This document shows positions 37,653 to 48,080 of a stretch of 64,000 nucleotides of DNA, piece after piece. The first letter of the stretch is position 1, and every line of letters starts with the position of its first letter. The translations under genes were made by a program, and so were the position numbers. Source of the stretch: an uncultured bacterium (GTDB lineage Bacteria; Zixibacteria; MSB-5A5; CAIYYT01); contig CAIYYT010000002.1 in the NCBI GenBank assembly GCA_903930455.1, positions 6,479-70,478 of the forward strand, in the 5' to 3' direction. The notes beneath the pieces were generated by a model. The model was not told the DNA's origin. It was given only the letters and a program-made list of their open reading frames with translations, and did not search any database.

Positions 37653-38492
37653 ATGTTACAATTCTTTTGGAAGCTCCTCTTGGCAACAGCCTTAGCTCTG
37701 ACGTTTTTTATTCCGCGCGTTCAGGCTCAGGTGGCGTGGCAGTGCATTGACCTTGGTTCGTCATATTTCGACGGGCATAACAACACAACTGAGATGTCGC
37801 TTGGATATCCCGGAGGTATTGGTAACCGACCATCTCCTGGGGATTTCGATGTCGATGGAGGTGAACGATTCGATATTGAAGGCATTAGCTTCGCTTATGA
37901 CGATTCCTACCTGTACGTGTCGGTAACGGCTTCATTCCGAGTCGTGGCATACTCTAATCAGTTCAACCGTTGGCTAAGTGAACGGGGTCTATTCTTTGGC
38001 TCTAATGGCAGCAACTATGACTATGCTGTTGATGCTTCCACTCGCGAGCTGCGGGTGGTTGATTCTTGGGATTATGTGCCGAATAGGAAAGGGACTTATG
38101 GCTCTCACACAGCCCTACAGCAGGACATAGGAGCCTGCAGGAAAGGAGATATACCTCCAGGAAGCGGGAAAAACGGAGTGTTAGGATCAGTAATGGAAGA
38201 ATACTACCAATGCCGGAGGTTGGAACAGAATTACTTGACTCCCGGCAATGGTAGCACTTTGACCGAAGAGTATCGGATCTCCCGGGCTGATCTTCCAGGT
38301 CAAGCGAGCTATGGCACGATTTCTTTTCATACGAGTTTGAAATGCGACAACGATGTTGCTAACAAGGACTTCGCTTTTGTGCCTAAGCCAACAGCTATCA
38401 TTCTCCTTGGTATTGGTCTCTTGGGCATCGGCGCTTACAACAAGGCGAGATCAAGAAGTATAGTACTGAGTGCACATCGGCAGGAAAAATGA
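37653..38492 (+). CDS. Divergent paralog of the 36007 protein with degenerate PEP-CTERM tail
   Basis: Shared DxGSxYFDxHNNT, PSPG..GGExFDIEG..FAYD; tail VPKPTAIILLGIGLLGIGAYNKARSR. Confidence 0.8.
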   Translation: MLQFFWKLLLATALALTFFIPRVQAQVAWQCIDLGSSYFDGHNNTTEMSLGYPGGIGNRPSPGDFDVDGGERFDIEGISFAYDDSYLYVSVTASFRVVAYSNQFNRWLSERGLFFGSNGSNYDYAVDASTRELRVVDSWDYVPNRKGTYGSHTALQQDIGACRKGDIPPGSGKNGVLGSVMEEYYQCRRLEQNYLTPGNGSTLTEEYRISRADLPGQASYGTISFHTSLKCDNDVANKDFAFVPKPTAIILLGIGLLGIGAYNKARSRSIVLSAHRQEK

Positions 38493-39389
38493 TGTGAGTG
38501 ATATTGTTAAGAAGCAACCACTATTGACATACTTCGACATTCGCATTTCGGCAAGCCGCCGGATGGATGCCCACAAGGAAGCGCTGCTGCGGATCCGTAA
38601 TCTCTATCTCAGTTATCTTGCAGTGTTGGGTTTGTTGACAAAAAACACCGCTTTAGTCAGACGAGATGGCGTTCACATAAGTTTATGCCTAATTTTCTGC
38701 CGGAGTACATCTCTTTTACGTCAGGACTGCTACTTATTAAAAAACTTTGAGTTGGGAAATGGGCGAGCATGCACCCAGTTGATTTAGTCGACGAGCGACG
38801 TTCGGCTATGAAAATTCCTTGCCGCGAAGACCAGGCAAGCATATGGATAACAGGATGGCGGAAGAAGAGGCTCTGATGGCACTATCTGATCGGCCAGTAA
38901 GGAAATCCCCTCATTGCTTTGACTTCCGTTATCCTTTGGTAAATCAGGACTTAACAGGAAAGGTAATTTGGGTCTGACTGCCAGTGCCTTATTTCCCAGT
39001 CTGGCTGCTGCGGGGATAAACTGAGCAACTTCAGAAATTGAAGAACATGATTGACAGACAGAATCTTAGCTATTTTCCATCAAGAGAGCGCGACAAACGC
39101 TCTCTTTTTGCATCCCTGGGCCCCTTTGTAAATGGTGTAAGTCGTCAGACCAATTTGGACACCTAAGGGGAAGGCCGCGATCAAGCAGTTTTTTTCCTAT
39201 CGTCGCCGTCAGGCGGCGGTATTTGTCATGTCGGATTGGGCACGTTACTTATTCGAGCCCTTTCCCCTGGGAAGGCCCACGATATTGTTCTATTCGAGAG
39301 GTCGCTCACTCATGAAGCCCGGATTCTCGTTGATCAAATCCAGTCTTCTGAACTGACCTATCTCCCTGCAATTCCGACTCGTCTACTAC

Positions 39390-39730
39390 TCACTCGCTGA
39401 TTTGGTCGGCCTGTAGTCGGAATGGTCCTCCATGTTCCAACACGGTATAGATCACCGTTACCAGCTTTCTGGCCACCGCGACGCGCGCCTTCTGAACATT
39501 CCTACAATAAAGAACGGGGTGAACGGGACGGTGATTCTGAAATCGCACTAATTGAGGCTTCGACTAGGGCGTGACGCAATGGCCGAGAGTCAAAACCTGG
39601 TGATGCCTCAGCTATGAAGGCTGTCACCAGAGGCTCTAATCGACGGAATCAGACCGTATAACTGGCAGGAGCTCTTGAGCTCTGGAAGCGGTCAACGTTA
39701 TCGATCTTGGCATAGATCGTGTTGGGATCG
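39390..39730 (-). pseudogene. IS110-family transposase C-terminal remnant
   Basis: Fragments IYAKIDNVDRFQSSRAPASY/GLIPSIRASG, LRHALVEAS, KARVAVARKLVTVIYTVL; frameshifted. Confidence 0.75.
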
Positions 39731-39733
39731 TTA

Positions 39734-41021
39734 TCATGACCGCCAGTCTGTCAAATGGATGCCAGAACAGCTACCGCAGCGGATAGTCTCCCGCCGAATG
39801 TACCCAAAGCCGACGGCACCACCTGGGCGCCGATTTTTTGGCAGTTGACATTGAATTGTGCTGATCTGAGCGTTCTCCAACACTGTCCCTTGAAGGCATT
39901 TTTCAACGCCAACAACAGGCGGAACTGGTTGGCGACAGATCAATGATAACTCAAATGATCACCCTTGAGGTTGTTTTTAACTCTTGAATCCGATTCTCGC
40001 AGTCACCACCAAAGGCGTATAAGTTATATAGCACTTGCCGGGTTCCGACTACGTTCGTCACCAGAAACCCGAGGTTGGAACCTTTGTCGTTGGGTTTGAC
40101 TTCGATGCTCACCCGCCACTCTTTCTCTCAGGAACCGGCTCGATACTCAGCCCCCGCGAACAGTCGCTGCTTCTGCGAATACGCCGTTTTAGCCACCTCG
40201 CCCGACTCTTTAGCTGAAGCTAGCAGACGATTATTGGTAATCAAACCGATCACATACGGCAAACCAGCCATTTCTCAGCAATCATACAGCTCGGGAATCG
40301 CAAACCCGGCGTCGGCGCGAATCACGATCTCCGTCTGGGGATACACTTCCCGTAGTCGCTTGACAATCTGCTCCAGAATCGCCACCACCCGACGGCTGGC
40401 ATGAACATTCCCCTCACGCAATGCCGCCGCAATCAACTCCCCGTTCTCACCATAGTAACCAACAACGGATGATAACTGCAGTTGTCGTAATATCCGTGAT
40501 AAAACGGCAGCCGCTGGTGACCATGCATCGGATCGGCCGTCGAATCAACATCCAAAATGATGCGCCACCGCGATCATGATGGCGACGAAAGGCAGAACTC
40601 CAGCGGATACGAAGAGAACCTACACAGCCCGCACCAGATTGCATGGTTTTCAAAACGACCGATCGTCGACTGCGAGGCTAACGACCCCTCCCACAACATC
40701 CGACCTGCGATACTCTTCAGAACCGAATCATGCCGCAAACTGTCAGCATCAATGGCGTCGTAGCCCGACACAATCTGTTAAAGACGCTGACGTGAGATCT
40801 CCGATAATGACTGCTTCACGTAACTCCCATGTCGACGATCCCGCAAACACTTTACCGACCCCGCCATGAAACCCAGCTTCTCGTCCTGTTGACGAACTAA
40901 CAACAGCCCCGCATCCGAGGAAATCTCCCCCATGGAAATCAACACTCGACTTTCGCTTGTCATAAGAAGGAAACAATTCTTCACAACAACCTAAATTTTC
41001 AATGGTCTCCACGGCAATCAA
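39734..41021 (-). pseudogene. IS1380-family transposase remnant
   Basis: Fragments ISSDAGLLLVRQ, DADSLRHD, LASQSTIGRFEN, LDVDSTADP.HGHQ, IRADAGFAIPE, ANQFRLLL, LENAQISTI across several frames. Confidence 0.85.
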
Positions 41022-41417
41022 GTTAAAACACTACAAATATATCACTTGGCGGCATTATCAAAAGTATAGTTATTACTCCGTAAGTATCTGGACTCGACAG
41101 ACGACAGAGATTCAGAACTCCTGAATCAGTGACACGATCGCACAGACGGTCAATCAATCGGCGTGCTGTTTTCATATTTTCCATTATTCCATTCTCCAGA
41201 TCGGCTGGAAATGACGACGACACTTGAGTGTGTCCGATGGTCAACCACAAATGCGGCCGATTGAGGCACCGTAGTTCAATGCGTGCATTGACATGAAACT
41301 GTGTAGAAAGCTGTTAAGTACCAATGCCAACTGCAGATAAGTTGGTTTCAACGAGATGATTTCGTTACCAAAACGACTGTAATCGCAGTGTCAGCTCATC
41401 TTCACGATTGTTGAACG

Positions 41418-42476
41418 TCACAGCTTCGACGTGTATTCCAAACTTAGCGTCCGGGCTATGATGGCAGGCGAGGAAGTGATCGGTATGCTGATGCGTCCTA
41501 GCAGATACAAACTGGACGCTGAATTGACATACCCAGGCCAACTGGTACAGGCATAGCGAAAATCGTGCTTTTCAAGCACTGGTTTGAGTCTGCGGTATCC
41601 GGCGACATCATCGCCGTATGGATAGGCAAATCCGGCGACCTCGGTTCCAAGATGCCGTTCGATAATGCTTTTTGATTCGACAATTTCCCGCTCAGCAGTC
41701 TCCAAATTAACATGAGAGAGATTGGAATGCGAGCATGTGTGGGCGCCAAAGCGGATGCCATAAGCGCCCATTTCACTGACTTGTTCCCAGGTCATCGGCT
41801 CCTCAATGCACGTAGCAGGCTCCCCCCATTGGATCAAGGCACCACGAAGCTCTTGCAGAATTCGATCGCAAGTCGCATCGTTTTTACGCATCAGGTCTCC
41901 TCTCAAATTCACAAGCAAAACCCGCTTGGCAGTGGCAGGAACTCGCAACGAATTCGCATCTAGTCCAACCGACCGCCCCATAATCTTTTCCACCTTCGTG
42001 ACCGTGTCCATTGTCAGGTCACATTGATCAATCATGACGGTAAGTGCTAACCACCAAGGCGTCAACCGTCCGTCGATCCAATCAGTAGGCAGAAAGATTG
42101 TAGCCGTGATGTCGTACTTTCTCAACAGGGGAAAGACAATCTTGTAAGCCGACGAATAGCCATCATCAAGCGTGATCGCGGCGCTTTTTTCTCTGAGCTT
42201 CCCGTTATCTCTGATCTCACGCACTGCATCTTCTACCGAAACTACCCGGTAATAACTTTTCAGCGTTATTAGCACTGCTTCAAATTGGGTCCGACTGGGC
42301 GTTCCCCCGGCAAACCAATGTGACTGCTGGGCATCATCTACCACGTTATGAAACATGAGGATTAGTAAGTGATTCTCAGATGGCTTGTGAAGATGTTCAT
42401 ACAGGGAATAATACCCGCTGTAATAGAGTATTTTCTTGACGATATCCTTCTGCTGATCTCTTGTCCAATCCATCAC
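41418..42476 (-). CDS. Polysaccharide deacetylase
   Basis: ILMFHNV, AITLDDGY, FGAHTCSH, FAYPYG. Confidence 0.92.
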   Translation of the reverse strand: MMDWTRDQQKDIVKKILYYSGYYSLYEHLHKPSENHLLILMFHNVVDDAQQSHWFAGGTPSRTQFEAVLITLKSYYRVVSVEDAVREIRDNGKLREKSAAITLDDGYSSAYKIVFPLLRKYDITATIFLPTDWIDGRLTPWWLALTVMIDQCDLTMDTVTKVEKIMGRSVGLDANSLRVPATAKRVLLVNLRGDLMRKNDATCDRILQELRGALIQWGEPATCIEEPMTWEQVSEMGAYGIRFGAHTCSHSNLSHVNLETAEREIVESKSIIERHLGTEVAGFAYPYGDDVAGYRRLKPVLEKHDFRYACTSWPGYVNSASSLYLLGRISIPITSSPAIIARTLSLEYTSKL

Positions 42477-42478
42477 TT

Positions 42479-43723
42479 TTATTGCCTCTTAACCAGCCAT
42501 CGCTTGACTGTTTCAGTTTTACTCCCGAGCACAGTCTTGCCGATTTGCTTGCTGAAGCGATTGACAAACTGAGTAAAAATATGGATCAGTGCCCCAGAGG
42601 ATCGGTTGTAGAAGGTAACCAGCAATTCCCGTTGCTCCCGGTCCGTCCAGTTATATTTGTAGTCTTCATATCCACGGAGGAAATCAAATTTCGTGCACCC
42701 GCGTTTGATGGCCGCTTCAAGGCACCGGCCAAGCAGAACCCGTCCGATACTTGCCTTAGGTACGGCCGAGTGTTCTGTTCCAAGAAGGTAGCCATGCATA
42801 ACTTTGTTGTGCTCAAAGCCGTAAAAACTGCCGACCGGCGTTTCATCAAGTTCGAGGTTACACAAGAACAGGTTTCCGTCGGCGAGTAGATTCCCTGCGA
42901 GCTCGTGGTGGAACTGCCTAAATTTCTCGGTAGCAAAACTGCCGTTCTGGCCACGCTCTTTCCATGACTTGCGGTGAAGTGCAATGAGGGTTTTCATGAA
43001 CACGGGAATACTGTCAACAGTGCTACAGACATTCAGCTCAAGAGGCCCCGCCTGGGTCATAAGGCAGGCAGAGGTTTTCAAGCTCCCTCTCGAATTGGAA
43101 CTCAGCGAAGCAAGGTACGCTTCCCATGTATCCGGAAGAGCTACATATGGACAAATCGTGTATCCGGTGATGCCCATCTCAATGCAACGATTATCCTTGT
43201 CAGACAGCTCCCTCAATATCTGAAGCACCCTTGAATCCGATGGCACATAGTTATACTCCCAGATGTCCCATTCTTTGCACAGAGGACCATAAAGGTGCTC
43301 CCAGATTGCCGCGCAGATGGTTTTGGAATTCTTTCGAGAAACGATCAGATCCAAATGATCGGCACAGATCTCTTCGGAGCCGATAAATCGCAGTATTTTC
43401 AGGTTACCTAATCCAAGTTGTCGCACCCGCTTTATCCAAAACGGTGCCAGTCCGACCAGTTTATCGTCGTCGAAGATTGCCAGACAGAGCGGTCGGCTTT
43501 CCTTGAGATAAACGCTCATCCAGTGTGAGAGCCACACCCAAGTGAGGGAATAACTGTCATTAAGACTTTGCCCAAGCAACTGGTCCCACTGGCTAGAGAG
43601 TGCCTCTAATTCTTCGACACCGGTCAGACACTTTACGTGAAGCAAGCTTTCATTACCTCCAGTGGTGGTTATTGGATATTGAATCGCAATCGGACATCGC
43701 ATCGACAGGCCCCGACATATCAA
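42479..43723 (-). CDS. GNAT family (CelD/BcsL-like) acyltransferase; true start probably TTG at 43645
   Basis: WDQLL..W...W, LVGLAPF, DHLDLI, FDFLRGYEDYKYNW; GGAGG precedes 43645. Confidence 0.88.
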   Translation of the reverse strand: MICRGLSMRCPIAIQYPITTTGGNESLLHVKCLTGVEELEALSSQWDQLLGQSLNDSYSLTWVWLSHWMSVYLKESRPLCLAIFDDDKLVGLAPFWIKRVRQLGLGNLKILRFIGSEEICADHLDLIVSRKNSKTICAAIWEHLYGPLCKEWDIWEYNYVPSDSRVLQILRELSDKDNRCIEMGITGYTICPYVALPDTWEAYLASLSSNSRGSLKTSACLMTQAGPLELNVCSTVDSIPVFMKTLIALHRKSWKERGQNGSFATEKFRQFHHELAGNLLADGNLFLCNLELDETPVGSFYGFEHNKVMHGYLLGTEHSAVPKASIGRVLLGRCLEAAIKRGCTKFDFLRGYEDYKYNWTDREQRELLVTFYNRSSGALIHIFTQFVNRFSKQIGKTVLGSKTETVKRWLVKRQ

Positions 43724-43849
43724 CTTGTTGCTTCATAGTCATATTCCCGGTCGGCAATTTGCCATTGTCGCAGTTAGATGACATGTTGTCCCATCCTCCT
43801 GATAGAACGAAATACTACCTTCCCGATTTGTCCACCAAATTGGGACGGT

Positions 43850-44575
43850 TCACATATCTGCACTCCCCCTCTTTGAACGTGGCTTTCTAATTGGCGCACT
43901 TTCGAAGTGCTTTAGCAACATTTGCCTCTTATAGTCCTTTGGTATTTCCATCTCTCTCGGGAATGGGTATTCATCACTTCTGACCAAGCCTTTGCTATTC
44001 ATCCTACTTAACCTGTAGAACTCAATATCTGACATCCACTTCGCAGGATTGCCGATAATAACTGAATTGTCAGGAAAACTACTCATTACTACGGAACCCG
44101 CTGCCACCAAACAATTATCTCCGATTTGGACGTCCGGCAGGAAGATCGTTCTATACCCAATAAAGCAGTTTCGTCCGATCTTAATTCTCCCAAAATAGCC
44201 GTGAATATTCCCCTGTCCATCATTAAAGTTATACACAGCACCATCGTGAGTTATAAAAGAAACATCACCAGATATAATCGTATTGTCACCAATCTCTACC
44301 AAGTAAGCTTCTGGTGAAAATAAAAGGCCACCAAAGAACCTGCAATTATCCCCGACTTTGGCTCCTTGATCACGCGCAGATTGTATGTTCCAAGCAATGT
44401 GATCTCTTCGGGCAAGCTGTCTCATCCAGAAGGAACGATAAAGACCCTTGAATAATTCCACTTTTCGCAAAAAAGTGATCTTTAGAAATAAAGATACAGT
44501 GTTAACAAAATAGCCTCTTATCCTGTACGTTGATTTCATTTTGTAGTGTTCTCCATTCCAGTATCCAGAATACAA
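43850..44575 (-). CDS. Hexapeptide-repeat O-acyltransferase
   Basis: IGDNTII..FITHDG..IKIGRNCFIG..IGDNCLVAAGSVV..GNPAK. Confidence 0.9.
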   Translation of the reverse strand: MYSGYWNGEHYKMKSTYRIRGYFVNTVSLFLKITFLRKVELFKGLYRSFWMRQLARRDHIAWNIQSARDQGAKVGDNCRFFGGLLFSPEAYLVEIGDNTIISGDVSFITHDGAVYNFNDGQGNIHGYFGRIKIGRNCFIGYRTIFLPDVQIGDNCLVAAGSVVMSSFPDNSVIIGNPAKWMSDIEFYRLSRMNSKGLVRSDEYPFPREMEIPKDYKRQMLLKHFESAPIRKPRSKRGSADM

Positions 44576-44640
44576 ACCCTGTCGAGCACCTCAATCGGTG
44601 GAAATACTACGGTTGCATCAACATTGTATGCACCGCACCA

Positions 44641-45780
44641 TCATTTCCTTCCCACGACATCTTTATACACCGCCAATACGCGGTTGCGGTGAACCTCAAT
44701 CGAAAATTCTGTTTCCACCCTGAGCCGTGCCCCTTCTCCAAGCGTTAGCTCCCGATCAGCTTGCGCAAGCAGATCGAGGCAGACCCTAGCCACACGCTCA
44801 ATGTCTCCGGGCCTCACGAGTATGCCGGAGACGTTGTGTTCGACAACCTCCGGTATTCCACCGACACTCATCGCCACCACCGGTAGCTTCAGAGTCATCG
44901 CCTCCAACAGAATCAATGGTATCCCTTCATGATACGATGTCATCACAAACAGATCAAGGCAATTTACAATATCCCATATATCATGACGAAATCCCAGAAA
45001 TCGCACTTGATGTTCCAGTCCCAGGGACTTGGCCAATTGCTCGTACTCGGATTGTTTAGGACCGTCACCGACAAGGAGAAACACGGCATCCGACCTCCGC
45101 GACGCGATCACCTTTGCAGCTAGGAGAAATCGATCAAACCCCTTGACTGGCACCATCCGTCCGATTGCCCCAATCACGGGCTGACTGTCACCGATTCCCA
45201 ATTCTCTCCGGACCACTCCTGCTGGTCGGGACGGAATCACGCGGGACATGTCCACGGCATTGTGTATCGTCACGATCTTCGCATAATCAAGACAACCACT
45301 ACGCTGACGTCGGATATCATCGGAGACGGCGATAATGCGGTCAAATCTGCGGGAGATGCGACTATTTATATAGCCATACAGACGAGCTTTGAGACTCTTC
45401 AGTCCGCTCATATTCTCTTGGTTTCCGTGCACGGTCTGGACAAGATGGCCTATCTGACAGCGCCTTTTTAGCAGAACTCCCAGAAGGTTTTCTTTGTAGC
45501 GATGCGAATGCAGAATATCTATACTCTGTCCCGAAAGTTCTGCGCTTGCCATTTTTACGATTGTCCCAAACCGGTTCTTAGTTTCGTCGATTACCGTGAC
45601 TTGGATGCCTGCCTGCTTGAGCAGATCGGCCAATTTCCCTTCATTCAGAACAATGACCGAGAGACTAAGCGATGGTTCCGTTCGCAGAGACAACAAAAGC
45701 GAATACGCCTGCACCTCGGCACCAGCCCACAAATCGCCGGAAACAAGGTGGCAGATGGCTATCTTTTGGTTGATTCCCAT
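44641..45780 (-). CDS. Glycosyltransferase family 4
   Basis: WAGAE, GRMVPVKG, EGIPLILLEAM. Confidence 0.93.
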   Translation of the reverse strand: MGINQKIAICHLVSGDLWAGAEVQAYSLLLSLRTEPSLSLSVIVLNEGKLADLLKQAGIQVTVIDETKNRFGTIVKMASAELSGQSIDILHSHRYKENLLGVLLKRRCQIGHLVQTVHGNQENMSGLKSLKARLYGYINSRISRRFDRIIAVSDDIRRQRSGCLDYAKIVTIHNAVDMSRVIPSRPAGVVRRELGIGDSQPVIGAIGRMVPVKGFDRFLLAAKVIASRRSDAVFLLVGDGPKQSEYEQLAKSLGLEHQVRFLGFRHDIWDIVNCLDLFVMTSYHEGIPLILLEAMTLKLPVVAMSVGGIPEVVEHNVSGILVRPGDIERVARVCLDLLAQADRELTLGEGARLRVETEFSIEVHRNRVLAVYKDVVGRK

Positions 45781-46928
45781 ACCACGTATTTGTTTCCCGA
45801 CAAATATTTGTACCAGGCCAACAGGATCGATAGGTTGACCATCGAAAAAAACAAAGGAATCTTAAACGGCGCAAATCGTTGTAGTCTCCGGATGAGATAA
45901 CCGGCCAGAGCCAGCAGGTACACCAACGCCTGAGCCGCCAGTGTCAACTGGTAGAACCAACCGTGGTTCACCAGCGCCAAATTTGTGGCCACAGCGATAA
46001 TGAGCGCGAATGGCACCAGCCAGCGACAGAGTTTATGGCTAATCATCTGAAAGGCATAACCACCATACTTGAATGGGTTCATAATCCCCTTGAAATGAAA
46101 AAGAACTTCAAGGCCATGAACCACCGTCCGCACCTTGCGTTCGAACTCCCTGGCCGAATCATTGACGACCCGATAGACGCCAAACGCCTCATGATCAACC
46201 ACAGCACGATAACCATTCATTTTCGCAACGATCGGCATGTAGAAGTCGCTCGACATTTCATCGATCCAGGCGCTGCACAGGAGCTTTCGTACCGAGAAGA
46301 AGCAACCGCTAGCCCCCACGATTGAGTCAACTCGTTCCTCGAACGAACGAAGCTTCATCTCATATTTTACGTACGCTCCTTCTCCGGCCAACTCGCCCCC
46401 CGCTGTTTCGGTCCGGTCTTCTCCCGAGACACAGCCGACGCTCGGGTCCGCATAGCTTCGAACGATCTTGGACAGGGCGTCCCTCTCGAGAAATGTTGTG
46501 GCATCAGTAACAACCACAATCTCGCCGACGGCCACTTGAAGGCCCCGGTGCTGGGCAGAGTGCTTGCCTTCGCGCACCGACGCCGTCAACAGCGTTATAT
46601 TACGATCGGCAAATGATTTGACTATCGTGTCTGTTGCGTCAGTAGAAGCGTCTGACACAACGAGGATTTCGAGCTTACTTTTAGGATAGTTCAGGCTCAG
46701 ACTATTCTCTATCTTCTGCGCAATCCGCTTTTCCTCATTGTACGCGGTGATGATCACGCTTAACTGAGGAAAATAGTCCTTCTTGTTGACTGGTCTCGGT
46801 CGAACGACGGACAGAATCCACATTGTAACGAAATAGCCGACATAGGCCCACCAAACCAGTAGCAGAGAGCCCCAGAAAGATATGTAAAGAATAGTGACAA
46901 TCGTCATATGGCCGGTCTTTTCCGCCAC
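45759..46928 (-). CDS. Glycosyltransferase family 2
   Basis: SVIITAYNEE, SDASTD, TDA, SDFYMP, C-terminal TM segments. Confidence 0.93.
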   Translation of the reverse strand: MAEKTGHMTIVTILYISFWGSLLLVWWAYVGYFVTMWILSVVRPRPVNKKDYFPQLSVIITAYNEEKRIAQKIENSLSLNYPKSKLEILVVSDASTDATDTIVKSFADRNITLLTASVREGKHSAQHRGLQVAVGEIVVVTDATTFLERDALSKIVRSYADPSVGCVSGEDRTETAGGELAGEGAYVKYEMKLRSFEERVDSIVGASGCFFSVRKLLCSAWIDEMSSDFYMPIVAKMNGYRAVVDHEAFGVYRVVNDSAREFERKVRTVVHGLEVLFHFKGIMNPFKYGGYAFQMISHKLCRWLVPFALIIAVATNLALVNHGWFYQLTLAAQALVYLLALAGYLIRRLQRFAPFKIPLFFSMVNLSILLAWYKYLSGNKYVVWESTKR

Positions 46929-46985
46929 AGGCGTGGGATAGTAGTCGATTCTGCTCGCTTCCCAACTGCTGCCAGAACTACCATA

Positions 46986-48080
46986 TCAACCCAGTACCCT
47001 TTGAATGTGGCAGGCAAAAAGGGACTCTGAGAAACCTCCGAATATCCCTAAACTGTTTCCCTGATGAACATTAGTTCGTCCTAATGCATATCGGTCACTC
47101 TGACGTGAAATATGAGCGCTTGCTACAGCCAATGCGCATCGATACCCAGTTTGTCGAACAAGTTGTTTGATCTCGTCATCATAATTGCCATTCGGGTAAG
47201 CCAGAGAGTCAACCTTGGTCCCCAGTCGCTCTTCTATCGCTCTTTTCGACTCCCGCAATTCTCGCTCCTGTTGCACGGGGCTGATCATCGTCAGTAACTC
47301 GTGACTGATACCATGTGAGCCAAACGTGATCCCCGCTGTTTTCATTTCTGCGATTTCATCCCAGTCGAGCATCACTCGTGCCCCCGACGTGGCGGGGATA
47401 TTTTCGGGCGCACGATTGAACAGCATTTTCATCAGAGCTTCTCTCGCGTCTGGCGTCAATTGCTTCATCTCCGCGATGAGTTGATTCAACACGAGCGATA
47501 GCTGCGCCGCACCGGTCTCGCCGATGGATCTTATCAGCTTTCCGATAACCGCTGGAACCAGAACGCCGGCGTCATTCAGAAGTTCCCTAACAAACTGACC
47601 TTCGTCGGTTAGGCATTTAATCACGCGTTCTGGCCAGAAGATACTATTCGTGCCGATGAATTTGGTTGAAAGAAATATCGTTGCCGGGAGCTTGTATTTC
47701 TTGAGTACTGGGTAGGCGTAGACGTAATTATCTCTCCAGCCGTCATCAAATGTGATCACGACGGACTTAGATGGCAAAGAATTTTCTGAATCAAGACACC
47801 GAAGCAACTGGTCAAGCGAAATCACTTTGTAATTACTTGCGATATAGCGCATCTGTGCATCGAACATCTCCGGCGACACAAGAATCCCAGGCAAAGACCG
47901 ACACCGTTCCCATTCCGGTCGTTCTCTGACATCTCTGTCGATGGGCAAGATTCGGTGATACATCAAAATGATGCATGAGCCGTATGGCTTCGAGCGACTT
48001 CTGACGCGCTCAATGACAGACAGGAGACCGGAATAATAGACGACGGTCGCCAGAGCCAATTTGACTGTTGTTCTGATCAT
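46986..48080 (-). CDS. Polysaccharide deacetylase
   Basis: ILMYHRI, ITFDDGW, FGSHGISH, LAYPNG; likely start at 48080 overlapping the upstream stop. Confidence 0.92.
   Translation of the reverse strand: MIRTTVKLALATVVYYSGLLSVIERVRSRSKPYGSCIILMYHRILPIDRDVRERPEWERCRSLPGILVSPEMFDAQMRYIASNYKVISLDQLLRCLDSENSLPSKSVVITFDDGWRDNYVYAYPVLKKYKLPATIFLSTKFIGTNSIFWPERVIKCLTDEGQFVRELLNDAGVLVPAVIGKLIRSIGETGAAQLSLVLNQLIAEMKQLTPDAREALMKMLFNRAPENIPATSGARVMLDWDEIAEMKTAGITFGSHGISHELLTMISPVQQERELRESKRAIEERLGTKVDSLAYPNGNYDDEIKQLVRQTGYRCALAVASAHISRQSDRYALGRTNVHQGNSLGIFGGFSESLFACHIQRVLG

Noticed and set aside
38500..39160. Short ORFs between the PEP-CTERM paralog and the IS remnants
   Set aside because: No family motifs; probably decayed sequence
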